A stretch of 64,000 bases of DNA from positions 1,568,001-1,632,000 of the forward strand of contig OY776215.1 of the NCBI GenBank assembly GCA_963675495.1, given 5' to 3'. The position numbers and the translations under genes are program-made. The notes beneath the pieces were generated by a model. The model did not search any database. It saw only the letters and a list, made by a program, of their open reading frames with translations, and was not told the DNA's origin. Positions 31,546 through 41,079 of this stretch are shown here, piece by piece. The stretch is from an uncultured Methanolobus sp. Lineage in GTDB: Archaea; Halobacteriota; Methanosarcinia; Methanosarcinales; Methanosarcinaceae. The first letter of the stretch is position 1, and every line of letters begins with the position of its first letter.

Positions 31546-33089
31546 TCCTCCTTGCTGCGTTCAAGGATATACATTACATCCCCGTCCTTGAAATGTTTTA
31601 GTTTATCAATTTCAAGTATCTTACCGATAATATTAGTGTTTGCAAACCTCTCCCCCGTCGGTCCGAAAAGATCATCATCTGTAGTTTTGACGCCTACCAT
31701 ACCGGCCCGCTTAGCAACCTGGTTTGTGACACCGATCTCACCTGAAAGGGTCTTTTTTGGGACGTTCTCGGGGAATATCTCCTTATATTTTTCAGCTGGC
31801 TTCTCAGCTTTGAAGATATAAGTATTCTCATATGTCATCATTATAGGGAGCACACCAACCGGATTATACTGAAGACCCACGGCGTGTCTGAAGAAGTCAA
31901 GCGTTTTTGGAGCAAGATCATCATAAAGCTCGATGGTCACAAGCTTTTCCGGATCAACACCCTGCACAGTTACCTCTGCGTTTTGCATGATCCCAATTGT
32001 TGTTGCAGGTGTTTGTTTAACAATAAACCCATCATCTTCCGTATAACCTTCCACGGTGATCCCAATTCCAAGAGAGACCATTTCCTCTTTAGCTTCCTTA
32101 TTGGTCATTCCAAGCAACATTATTGGCTCAGGAATCGAGTCTATCATTATTTTCTGACCATTCTGTGCCATTCTTACAAATTCGATGCCCTTGGTAACAT
32201 GACCGATTACAGAGTGCATAATAGAGGATGTGCGATCATCTGTGGAAATGTACAGCTTTCCTGCACCATATCCCACAGTCCTCACAAAAACAGACCCAGT
32301 TGACCGGGATTCGAAATTCTCGTAAGTCACCAGCTCACCCTGGAACCGATGATCGGATATAAAGGAACTTGATACAAAATCTATGTTGAAAGTACCATCC
32401 CTGGTTACAGCAAAAAAGAACTCTGCACCCTCAGGTGCCAAGGGGTCGATCTCAATTTCAACATATGTGAATATTTTAGAGCCACTCTCCAATTTAACCG
32501 AAAGGTCCGTGGTGCTGATGTGTTCACCTGCTTTCTCCCATTCGACAACAGGTTCTATTGACAATATTCTGTCGCCCTTGTTAAGGTCAGAAAGAACGTG
32601 TTTTCCGCTTATAAGTCTAGCAAATATACCATCCGCAGGAGCACCATATTCTGATGAGTGTTTGGTCTTGCTAATAATGATATGAGTATTTGCGGCATCG
32701 CCGCCACCTGCACCGAAAAGCAAAGTGAACCGCTCCATATCAGTACTACCACGGACAGGTTCCATGTCCGTACTAAATGGCCCAAATGCCAGAGCATCTT
32801 TGCTCGTCCAGCGAACAGGTATGTCAATAAAATCGTTAAAAATAGACACCCATCTTTTAGAAGAAAGAGAGGAAGTATCCTGAAGTTCTATCTTGAACTC
32901 CCCTTTGGATGTCTTCACAAGGTATTCAACAGAAATCTGTGACTTCAGGTCCTCTTTTTCAATAAGTATCCCAACTGCCGTCCCTTTCTTATATGGTGCG
33001 TTTGACACCTTGATGGCGTCTTCAAGATTTGAACTTTCTGGTAATTTTATTTCCTGTCCGTTGATCTCTACCGTTATTTCGCCACTCGT
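31542..33089 (-). CDS. mmp3: Methanogenesis marker protein 3 (cyclophilin-like); start extended to an apparent ACG codon
   Basis: FGPTGERF..TNIIG, APKTLDFFR; frame open 27 codons upstream of the track's GTG, to ACG 33087-33089 located 6 nt after GGAGGAG. Confidence 0.88.
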   Translation of the reverse strand, partial: TSGEITVEINGQEIKLPESSNLEDAIKVSNAPYKKGTAVGILIEKEDLKSQISVEYLVKTSKGEFKIELQDTSSLSSKRWVSIFNDFIDIPVRWTSKDALAFGPFSTDMEPVRGSTDMERFTLLFGAGGGDAANTHIIISKTKHSSEYGAPADGIFARLISGKHVLSDLNKGDRILSIEPVVEWEKAGEHISTTDLSVKLESGSKIFTYVEIEIDPLAPEGAEFFFAVTRDGTFNIDFVSSSFISDHRFQGELVTYENFESRSTGSVFVRTVGYGAGKLYISTDDRTSSIMHSVIGHVTKGIEFVRMAQNGQKIMIDSIPEPIMLLGMTNKEAKEEMVSLGIGITVEGYTEDDGFIVKQTPATTIGIMQNAEVTVQGVDPEKLVTIELYDDLAPKTLDFFRHAVGLQYNPVGVLPIMMTYENTYIFKAEKPAEKYKEIFPENVPKKTLSGEIGVTNQVAKRAGMVGVKTTDDDLFGPTGERFANTNIIGKILEIDKLKHFKDGDVMYILERSKEE

Positions 33090-33119
33090 GCCAAACTCCT
33101 CCGTAATTTATTCAATATG

Positions 33120-34739
33120 TTATGGTTCTGGTGCAGCTGCTTCCATACGTTCTTCTTCAGTAAGTTCTGCAAGGACAACATCAGGCTTCCCTACATTAAC
33201 GATCTTACCATTTCTCATTAGAGCTACACGATCACATACCTCTTCCAGGAAGTCCATATCATGTGAAACGATGACAAAAGTGTCACCCATCTTGTCACGT
33301 GCTTCCAGAATTGATTTTGTGACCTCTTTCTTTGTGAACGGGTCCATTGTCCCCGTCGGTTCATCCATAATAATGATCTTTGGCTCCTTCATCAATATCT
33401 GAGCCAAGGCAACCCTGTGACTTTCACCTTCACTAATCTCATTTGACATCTTTGATAATATAGATTTTGCCTTTTCATCTGTGAATCCGGTTGCTACCAG
33501 AGTATTGATCGCCTTTCTTACAGCAAGTTCGTAAGGAAGATCAATACCTATTGATTCTGTGAGATTGTCAATTATCGTCCTGTGAGTGTAAAGGCCATAT
33601 TCCTGATGCAGTATACCCATGTACTTAACTGCACGTCCCCTGCATTCAGGACCTGGTTTTTTCATGTCGACCCACTCATCTCCGACACGTACCTGTATCT
33701 CACCACTTGTAGGCTGTACAATACCCATGAGGACTTCAGATGTAGTGGTCTTTCCTGCACCACTGGTACCTGCAAGGCCGAATATTTCCCCCTCTTTTAC
33801 ATCAAATGAGACATCATTCACAGCGTAAACAACACCTCTGGTCACTGATATATATTTCTTGACAAGATTATCGATCTTGATAAGTGGATCACCAACAACT
33901 ACGTCACATTTCTTTTCTACAGAACAGACAAGTTGCATGAATTCTTTTGCGACCTCTGAAGGAGAACCTTCCTTTACAATTGCCCCATCCTCAAGAATAA
34001 TAGCCTTATCAGCCAGATCCTCTACGACCTCTGACCAGTGTGAAGTAATGACCATTGTCATATTGTATTCTTTGACGGCTTTTGCAATCACATCATGCAC
34101 TACATCTGCGGTCTTAGGATCAAGGGTGCCTGTTGGCTCATCAGCAATAAGAAGCATTGGGTCTCTTACAAGTTGGCGGGCAAGTACCACTCTCTGTTTC
34201 TCACCACCGCTTAGGTCACGTGCCACATGCATCATGCGATGTGAAAGCTGCACCTTTTCCAGAAGTTCTACAGCACGAGACATCGCGGTTTCACTATTGA
34301 CACCTATTTCCGTGAGAGAGTTTATGACATTTACAATAACCTTGTCATCACCATAAAGTGCAAAGGTACGCTGAAGCATAATAGCGATTCTTTTGGTTAT
34401 ATCACGTCTTCCAGAATCATGGAGTGAAAGTTTTATGAAATCTGCTTCAAAAGGCTTGAGAGTATCCTTTCCACAGTCAGGACATTCGTTTCCAACCTTG
34501 CTCGGTGGTTCGATATATCCACATTTTTCACATCTTGCGAGATGGTAGATTACCTCTCCACTGATACCTTCATATTCTTCAGCACCACGCAGGACATGCA
34601 TCAATACTGTTTTCCCTGAGCCACTTCTTCCAAGAATTCCAAGAACTTCTCCTTCATTAATGGTCAGATTTATATTTTTGAGAACTTTAACACCATCAAA
34701 TTCAAGTGTCAGATTTTTGACTTCAATGAGTAATGCCAT
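33120..34739 (-). CDS. atwA: Methyl-coenzyme M reductase system component A2 (ABC-type ATPase)
   Basis: Two ABC domains (GRSGSGKT, LSGGEKQR, GTSGAGKT, DEPTGT) with CxxC...CxxC Zn insertion; no TM partner; heads the marker operon. Confidence 0.95.
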   Translation of the reverse strand: MALLIEVKNLTLEFDGVKVLKNINLTINEGEVLGILGRSGSGKTVLMHVLRGAEEYEGISGEVIYHLARCEKCGYIEPPSKVGNECPDCGKDTLKPFEADFIKLSLHDSGRRDITKRIAIMLQRTFALYGDDKVIVNVINSLTEIGVNSETAMSRAVELLEKVQLSHRMMHVARDLSGGEKQRVVLARQLVRDPMLLIADEPTGTLDPKTADVVHDVIAKAVKEYNMTMVITSHWSEVVEDLADKAIILEDGAIVKEGSPSEVAKEFMQLVCSVEKKCDVVVGDPLIKIDNLVKKYISVTRGVVYAVNDVSFDVKEGEIFGLAGTSGAGKTTTSEVLMGIVQPTSGEIQVRVGDEWVDMKKPGPECRGRAVKYMGILHQEYGLYTHRTIIDNLTESIGIDLPYELAVRKAINTLVATGFTDEKAKSILSKMSNEISEGESHRVALAQILMKEPKIIIMDEPTGTMDPFTKKEVTKSILEARDKMGDTFVIVSHDMDFLEEVCDRVALMRNGKIVNVGKPDVVLAELTEEERMEAAAPEP

Positions 34740-34988
34740 TTAATTACCTCCGCCCAGGGGTGCATAGGAGTCCTGTTACACTAATACTGATATGCATATC
34801 TACTCAAATTACTTAACGGTTTTGTAGATTGCATACAAAACTAGATCAATTGAAACCCATACAGACCTGTAACAAGTTTTTAGCGATATTTTTTAAAGAA
34901 TTACTGTTGGATTATTGAACTCAATACATAAACATAACGCATCTATTTTGCACTGTTAACTTCTAAAAACCTGAAACAGATATTGATT

Positions 34989-35807
34989 TTATAATGTTAC
35001 ATTGCCACCCATGTTTTTTACAATGTCTACTACATCGATTATATTGCCTATGATAATATCCGCTGCATCCACAAGGACCTGCGGCCTTTCGTCTCCTTGT
35101 TGAAATGAGAGAATACCCACATCAGCTGCCTTTAAAGCAAGAATATCGTTCATTCCGTCCCCCACCATAACTACAAAATCATAGTCCATCTTAAGATTTT
35201 CAACAATTGTTTCTTTGTCGTACGTTGTGGCAACTGCAAAAACATCCCTCATGGGAATATCCAGAGATGAGGCAACCCCTTTGAGGTTCTGCGCATCGTC
35301 CCCCGAAGCGATGTAAATATCAGTTCCAAGTTCTTTTAATAGTTTGACTGCTACAGAAGTTTTGGAATACATCTGTCCACCTGTACTCAGAACATAAGGC
35401 ACCAGGTTTTCCTGAGAATCCACAACAAGCCCTGCTGCAATATAAAATACATTTGGACAACGACCTTTTACAAGAGAGACCACATCATTAAGGTCACTTA
35501 CCTTTGTTTGGTTCTCCTTTATTATACCGTAGACATCATCCAGCCTGAAAGGACTGCTTGAGCAACTTATGCCAAGGTCGATATCATATTTGTCAATAAA
35601 ATCATGCAGCCCCATATCGGGATCGCACCGTCTGATATCATCAAAACATGCGCGTATGACGACAAGTGCCTGGTTGGCCTTCTCAGCCACAAGAAGTGTG
35701 GTCTGTATATCCTCAAGAATAGAACCGGTACTCATTTCCTTTGCGACACGATACATATGCAACAGTGTCCCGGCACTGTCAAAGACAACAGCAACACGTT
35801 TTTCCAT
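34989..35807 (-). CDS. HAD-superfamily hydrolase (soluble P-type-ATPase-like)
   Basis: VVFDSAGTL motif I, ASGD, VGDGMND. Confidence 0.85.
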   Translation of the reverse strand: MEKRVAVVFDSAGTLLHMYRVAKEMSTGSILEDIQTTLLVAEKANQALVVIRACFDDIRRCDPDMGLHDFIDKYDIDLGISCSSSPFRLDDVYGIIKENQTKVSDLNDVVSLVKGRCPNVFYIAAGLVVDSQENLVPYVLSTGGQMYSKTSVAVKLLKELGTDIYIASGDDAQNLKGVASSLDIPMRDVFAVATTYDKETIVENLKMDYDFVVMVGDGMNDILALKAADVGILSFQQGDERPQVLVDAADIIIGNIIDVVDIVKNMGGNVTL

Positions 35808-35918
35808 AGATTCTGATTGTACTTATTAAATATACGTTTGCCTATAGACTCCCAGATAATGCAGCAAAAGTGCCAAATGACTAATATGCAAGCAACAACA
35901 ATTTTCAGCATAACTGCC

Positions 35919-36635
35919 ATGACAAAGATGAAACGGATAATAATTGTCCTGATAATATTTATTGCACTGGCCTTTCTCTCAGAGAGCTTTAACGATACGG
36001 ACACAGAGATATTGATTATGAACCCGCAACCCTGGGATCACAGTCCGATCACCGTTTATATTGACGACAACGAGGTTCCTGAGCATTACAGCCCGAGTTA
36101 CAGGACGGATGTAGAGAAGGCATTAGAATACTGGGAAAACGGTGGGAACGGACAGCTGGAGTACCAGCCTGTTTTTGAGATTGTTGATGTTGACAATGCA
36201 GACATACTGATAATGTGGGTAGAGAACCTTGAGAAAGATGCAGGGGTGGAGAATGGTGTTGCCGGGTTTACAAGACCATACGTAATGAATGGCAAGTTTG
36301 AGCGTGCTGATATCGTACTGGAAACCGGAAATTACAAAGGATATTCATGGGCGCAATACGGAGACAGCACCATGGAAGGCATAGCAACACATGAACTGGG
36401 CCACGCACTTGGACTTGGGCACAGTAATGATAGAAATGATATTATGTTCCCTACCTATGACATCAAGCAGGATGTGAACCCTCTGCTACTCCATTCTACA
36501 TGGCCTCTGCTTCTGCTGATGATAATCATCGCCGTTCTTGTAGTATCATATCACGGAACCGGATGGCTTCACTACAAGAAAAAGAGAAAGGAGCTTGAAA
36601 AGGAAGTTTTCACCAATGAGGAAAATGAGAGATAA
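35919..36635 (+). CDS. Matrixin (M10-like) metalloprotease, membrane-anchored
   Basis: [12 protein letters not shown] zinc motif, Met-turn DIMFP, N-terminal signal and C-terminal TM; start approximate. Confidence 0.88.
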   Translation: MTKMKRIIIVLIIFIALAFLSESFNDTDTEILIMNPQPWDHSPITVYIDDNEVPEHYSPSYRTDVEKALEYWENGGNGQLEYQPVFEIVDVDNADILIMWVENLEKDAGVENGVAGFTRPYVMNGKFERADIVLETGNYKGYSWAQYGDSTMEGIATHELGHALGLGHSNDRNDIMFPTYDIKQDVNPLLLHSTWPLLLLMIIIAVLVVSYHGTGWLHYKKKRKELEKEVFTNEENER

Positions 36636-36996
36636 AACTGTATTCCAGGCAATATTGAGGTATTTTGGTGGCGAAAATATCGACTTCTCAGATTATGAGC
36701 TGGACCTCTGCGAACTTACGGAATTCCAGCGCAAGGTCCTGGAGGAAGTAAGAAAGATACCTTATGGCGAAACAGTAACCTATCAGGAACTAGCCTGCAG
36801 AATCGGAAACGAAGGCGCTGCCAGGGCTGTTGGCGGTGCAGTTGCCAAAAACCCATATCCTATAATCATACCATGTCACCGTGTAGTATCATCTTCAGGA
36901 ATCGGTGGTTTTTGTGGAGATACCTGCGGCGAAAAGGTAGAACTGAAGAAGAAGATGCTGAAGATGGAAGCGGACTATAAAGAAAAAGAGAGTTAA
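36625..36996 (+). CDS. ogt: Methylated-DNA-protein-cysteine methyltransferase
   Basis: [27 protein letters not shown]; start approximate. Confidence 0.9.
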   Translation: MRDKTVFQAILRYFGGENIDFSDYELDLCELTEFQRKVLEEVRKIPYGETVTYQELACRIGNEGAARAVGGAVAKNPYPIIIPCHRVVSSSGIGGFCGDTCGEKVELKKKMLKMEADYKEKES

Positions 36997-37025
36997 TATT
37001 AAGGTAGAGAAGAAAATAGCTTCAG

Positions 37026-38744
37026 GTGAAGAATATGTTTGGATGGACAGGAAGGACAGTAATCGTAGACCTGGGGGATAGCTCGGTCACAGAAACGAAG
37101 ACGAAGAAATCGTATGCGGAACAGTTCATCGGTGGACGGGGACTTGGATGCAGGCTGATGGAAGAATTTGCAGATGCTGAACATGACCCTTTTAGCCCAG
37201 ATAATCCCCTTATTTTCACTACCGGACCACTTACAGGGACTTCGACTCCCATGTCTGGACATTTCACTGTTACATGCAAATCTCCCCTTACATCCACAAT
37301 CTTCAGCTCCAATGCAGGAGGGCACTTTGGCGCCGAGCTAAAGTTTGCAGGTATCGATGCCCTTGTAATAAAAGGAAAAGCTGAAAGGCCTGTTTATCTC
37401 AATATTTATGATGAGGAAGTTGAAATACTACCTGCCGAGCACCTCTGGGGAAAGAATACCGCAGAGACCACTGCATTGCTTGAAATGAAAGGTAAGGTTG
37501 CATGCATCGGAAAAGCAGGAGAGAAACTTGTCAGCATGTCAAATATCATCAATGACCGCATGTACTCCAGTGGACGTGGCGGGCATGGCGCCGTAGCAGG
37601 CTCAAAAAACCTCAAGGCAATAGTTGTAAAAGGAACCAACGTTGTCCAGATAGCAGAGCCTGAAGCCTTTGAAGAAGCTGTTGAAAAGACGAATAGATTA
37701 CTTGTGGCAAATCCACCAGCTTCCAAAGGACTTCAAAAATATGGAAGCTCCGCATTTACTGATCTTTTTGACTACATGGGAGTTCTTCCAACACACAATT
37801 TCGGAGAAAAAAAGTTCTCCGGGGCAGAGAAACTCTCAGGCGAGCTCATCAACAAAAACTACAAAATACGTCAAGCACCCTGTTATGCATGTCCTGTGGG
37901 ATGCAGGAGAACTTCAGAGGATGGGCGACCGGTCCCAGATTATGATTCCATCTGGGCTTTCGGACCGAATATCGGTAACGATGATATGGAACTTATAAGA
38001 GAAATGGACAGCCTCTGTTTTGATTACGGACTGGACCCGATTTCCTGTGGTGCATCAATTGCAGCATACATGGAAGTAAATCTATGGATGAAAATGGATG
38101 AAGTGAAAGGCCTCATACTGGAAATAGGAAATGGAAGACATGATGTATGCAAGGGCTCACAAGCATATCTGTGTTCTGTGGAAAAAGAGGAATACAGCAC
38201 CTCAGTCAAAGGACTTGAACTTCCAGGATATGACCCCAGGGAAATGGCAGGCATGGCCATAGCCTATGCGACATCCAACACCGGAGGATCTCATCTTAGC
38301 GCTTTTATGGCAGCTCCCGAGATAATGGGAAAAACTGTGTTGCTTGACAGAAATTCATTTAACGGTAAAGCAGCTCTTGTGCAGCATTTCCAGAACCTCA
38401 CTGCGGCAATTGACTCACTGGTTATGTGTCCTTTCTCCATGCTTGCAATTGGAGAGGTTGAACTTGCTACACTGCTCAGTCATGCTACCGGAAAAGAATA
38501 TTCTGCAGAGGAAATGCTACTTGTTGGAGAGAGAATCTACAACCTTGAAAGACTGTTCAATTTAAAGGCAGGATTTTCCGCAAAGGATGACATCCTTCCT
38601 GAAAGGTTCTTTGCAAAGGACGGAATAGATCGGGAAGAATTTGAAGAATCAATCTCAGATTACTATCACTTCAGAGAATGGGATGATGCTGGCATACCGG
38701 AAGAGGAAAAACTGAGCGAACTTAACATTGTCAGAGGCAGATGA
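37026..38744 (+). CDS. Aldehyde:ferredoxin oxidoreductase (W-pterin AOR family)
   Basis: IGGRGLG, KSPLT, GRGGHGAVAGSKNLKA, CYACPVGC, DYGLD, YATSNTGGSH, ERIYNLERLFN. Confidence 0.92.
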   Translation: MKNMFGWTGRTVIVDLGDSSVTETKTKKSYAEQFIGGRGLGCRLMEEFADAEHDPFSPDNPLIFTTGPLTGTSTPMSGHFTVTCKSPLTSTIFSSNAGGHFGAELKFAGIDALVIKGKAERPVYLNIYDEEVEILPAEHLWGKNTAETTALLEMKGKVACIGKAGEKLVSMSNIINDRMYSSGRGGHGAVAGSKNLKAIVVKGTNVVQIAEPEAFEEAVEKTNRLLVANPPASKGLQKYGSSAFTDLFDYMGVLPTHNFGEKKFSGAEKLSGELINKNYKIRQAPCYACPVGCRRTSEDGRPVPDYDSIWAFGPNIGNDDMELIREMDSLCFDYGLDPISCGASIAAYMEVNLWMKMDEVKGLILEIGNGRHDVCKGSQAYLCSVEKEEYSTSVKGLELPGYDPREMAGMAIAYATSNTGGSHLSAFMAAPEIMGKTVLLDRNSFNGKAALVQHFQNLTAAIDSLVMCPFSMLAIGEVELATLLSHATGKEYSAEEMLLVGERIYNLERLFNLKAGFSAKDDILPERFFAKDGIDREEFEESISDYYHFREWDDAGIPEEEKLSELNIVRGR

Positions 38745-38901
38745 CAAAAAAGAACAAAATAGGTTCATCTTTTTTACGTATTTGCCATTATTTCCCCCAA
38801 TTTATGCAGAATCAAAGGTTAAGTTCATATATAGCATTAAGAATTATACCAATATACCGTTTAAGCTCATAAATTATTATTACAATTATGGAGGATCTTA
38901 A

Positions 38902-39285
38902 GTGAAAGTACAAGTTGAAGTTAAAGAACTTAAAGAGGGCAAGTACGTCATCGTTGACGATGAACCCTGTGTCATCAAAAGCATTACCAAGTCAAAGCCA
39001 GGAAAACACGGTTCAGCAAAAGCAAGAATCGATGTCATCGGACTTTTTGACAAACAAAAGAGATCAATTATTGGTCCTGTTTCCGATAAGACCTACGTTC
39101 CAATAGTAGAGAGAAAGAACGCACAGGTACTTTCCATTGCAGGTGATGTTGCACAACTCATGGACATGGGCGACTTCTCAACATTTGAGATGACAATCCC
39201 TGATGAGTATAAGGAAAGGATCCTTGAGGGTGAAGAAGTTTCTTACCTGACCGCAATGGGCAAAATGAAGTTCGATCTGAGATAA
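38902..39285 (+). CDS. eif5a: Translation factor aIF-5A
   Basis: SKPGKHGSAK hypusination loop. Confidence 0.97.
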   Translation: MKVQVEVKELKEGKYVIVDDEPCVIKSITKSKPGKHGSAKARIDVIGLFDKQKRSIIGPVSDKTYVPIVERKNAQVLSIAGDVAQLMDMGDFSTFEMTIPDEYKERILEGEEVSYLTAMGKMKFDLR

Positions 39286-39328
39286 TTATATCTCTGATCC
39301 TTTTTTCTTCTTTTCAATTATTACAGTC

Positions 39329-40198
39329 ATGTTCTACAAACCTGATATGATGGATGCCCTGTCAGATTATGATTCTGCAAGGTATGTGATATTTGGTGTT
39401 CCTTTTGATGCTACTTCTTCATACAGGTCAGGAAGCCGCTGGGCTCCAGATGCCATGAGAAAAGCTTCGGCGAATTTTGAAACCTATAACGATCATTTTG
39501 ACATTGATTTTGATGACCTGTTCATACATGATGCAGGAAATCTTGAGCCTTATTCATCCGTTGATGAGACACTCGAAGAACTCTACTTTGCTGTTAAGCC
39601 AATTGCAAAGGACAAAAAAATACCCATCATGCTTGGTGGCGAGCATTCACTTACATATCCATGCGTGAAGGCATGCGCAGAGGAAGCCGGAGAAGATATC
39701 GGTTTTGTTGTAATGGATGCACACTTCGACCTTAGGGAAGAGTACGGAGGCATCAAAAACAGCCACGCATGCGTTTCCAGACATGTACTGGATGATATCA
39801 CAGACACTTATGTAACAATAGGAGTTCGCAGCGGACCAAAGGAAGAATGGGTATTTGCAAAAGAGAACGGTATCAAATACTATACTTCAGATGATGTAAG
39901 GGAAATGGGAATAAAACAGGTCATTTCTGAGGTTAAAGAATATCTCGGATGCAAAAAGATCTATCTTTCCCTTGACATGGATGCCCTTGACCCTGCATAC
40001 GCGCCTGGTCTTGGAACTCCGGAACCGTTCGGACTCACTGACATCGATGTACGAGAGATAATACGTGCATTCGCACCTGCATCTATTGGTTTTGATGTTG
40101 TTGAGATAGCCCCTGAATACGATAACGGGATAAGCGCACTGCTTGGAACGAAACTTCTCAGGGAATTCATTGCAGCACATGCTGCAAGTGAGAGATAG
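39329..40198 (+). CDS. speB: Agmatinase
   Basis: GGEHS, DAHFD, SHAC, DMDALDPAYAPGLGTPEPFG. Confidence 0.93.
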   Translation: MFYKPDMMDALSDYDSARYVIFGVPFDATSSYRSGSRWAPDAMRKASANFETYNDHFDIDFDDLFIHDAGNLEPYSSVDETLEELYFAVKPIAKDKKIPIMLGGEHSLTYPCVKACAEEAGEDIGFVVMDAHFDLREEYGGIKNSHACVSRHVLDDITDTYVTIGVRSGPKEEWVFAKENGIKYYTSDDVREMGIKQVISEVKEYLGCKKIYLSLDMDALDPAYAPGLGTPEPFGLTDIDVREIIRAFAPASIGFDVVEIAPEYDNGISALLGTKLLREFIAAHAASER

Positions 40199-40225
40199 AA
40201 GTAAAAACATCTTACATGCGTTTGA

Positions 40226-40756
40226 TCATTTACTCTTTTTAGATTCCATTTCCCACATTTCAATGAAATTATCAAGCAGTTTGTCAAAGAAACTGGCTTT
40301 ATATGTAATGATAAGCTCCGCAACTTTTTCAGTATCGACCACTTCAAAATGACTTTCCCTGCCACAAACGGTTTTCTGTACAATACCAGCAGCTACCAGT
40401 TTGTTAAGGTGCCACGAAACCGTGGAAGGAGAAAGCCCGATAACTGAAGATAGGTCCTTATTGTTCATGCCAGGTGCCTCCATAATGGTCACCAGAATAT
40501 GGCTGCAAGCTTTTTTCCTCAAAAAAGACATGACTTTCCGGCCCTCACTATCCAGTTCTTTGTTTTTGACAAAATAACGTACAAATTGTTCATCTTTATG
40601 TGCTGAGATAAGGTTTTTCTTTTCCATGTAATGAAGATGATACTGCAGATTTCCAACTGCCATATCAAGATTTCTTTCAAGCTCACGCATATGAATTCCA
40701 GGCGAACTCTGGATAGTTTCGAATATCCTTTTTCGGGTCTCGAGCTCAAATTCCAT
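40226..40756 (-). CDS. Double winged-helix transcriptional regulator
   Basis: SPGIHMRELER...GNLQYHL and SPSTVSWHLNKL HTH pair. Confidence 0.88.
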   Translation of the reverse strand: MEFELETRKRIFETIQSSPGIHMRELERNLDMAVGNLQYHLHYMEKKNLISAHKDEQFVRYFVKNKELDSEGRKVMSFLRKKACSHILVTIMEAPGMNNKDLSSVIGLSPSTVSWHLNKLVAAGIVQKTVCGRESHFEVVDTEKVAELIITYKASFFDKLLDNFIEMWEMESKKSK

Positions 40757-40757
40757 T

Positions 40758-41027
40758 TCAACCCTGCTCTTTTGTCAGAATGGCAAAGAAGAACAACAGC
40801 AATACAATAAAATTCAGAATACTGCTCCAGATCTCAAAACTATCCCCCATTGACGGGAAAAATGACTCAGTTGAGTCCAGGAACCCCATTAGAAAATAAG
40901 CGAAAAATGCCGCAGCAACCATCAGCAATTTCCTTCTTCTTTCTCTCAGGTATGCAGCAAAAGATATTGAGAAGAGCGTCACTGCCAATATGCTTGATAG
41001 TAAAACTATCAAATTGTCAATTTCCAT
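40758..41027 (-). CDS. Small 3-TM membrane protein coupled to the regulator
   Basis: Three hydrophobic helices, GGAGGTGA RBS, 1 bp from the regulator start. Confidence 0.8.
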   Translation of the reverse strand: MEIDNLIVLLSSILAVTLFSISFAAYLRERRRKLLMVAAAFFAYFLMGFLDSTESFFPSMGDSFEIWSSILNFIVLLLFFFAILTKEQG

Positions 41028-41079
41028 ATAAGAATGTCACCTCCACATAAAATTAAAAAGAAAGACAATTGTCTTCCTT

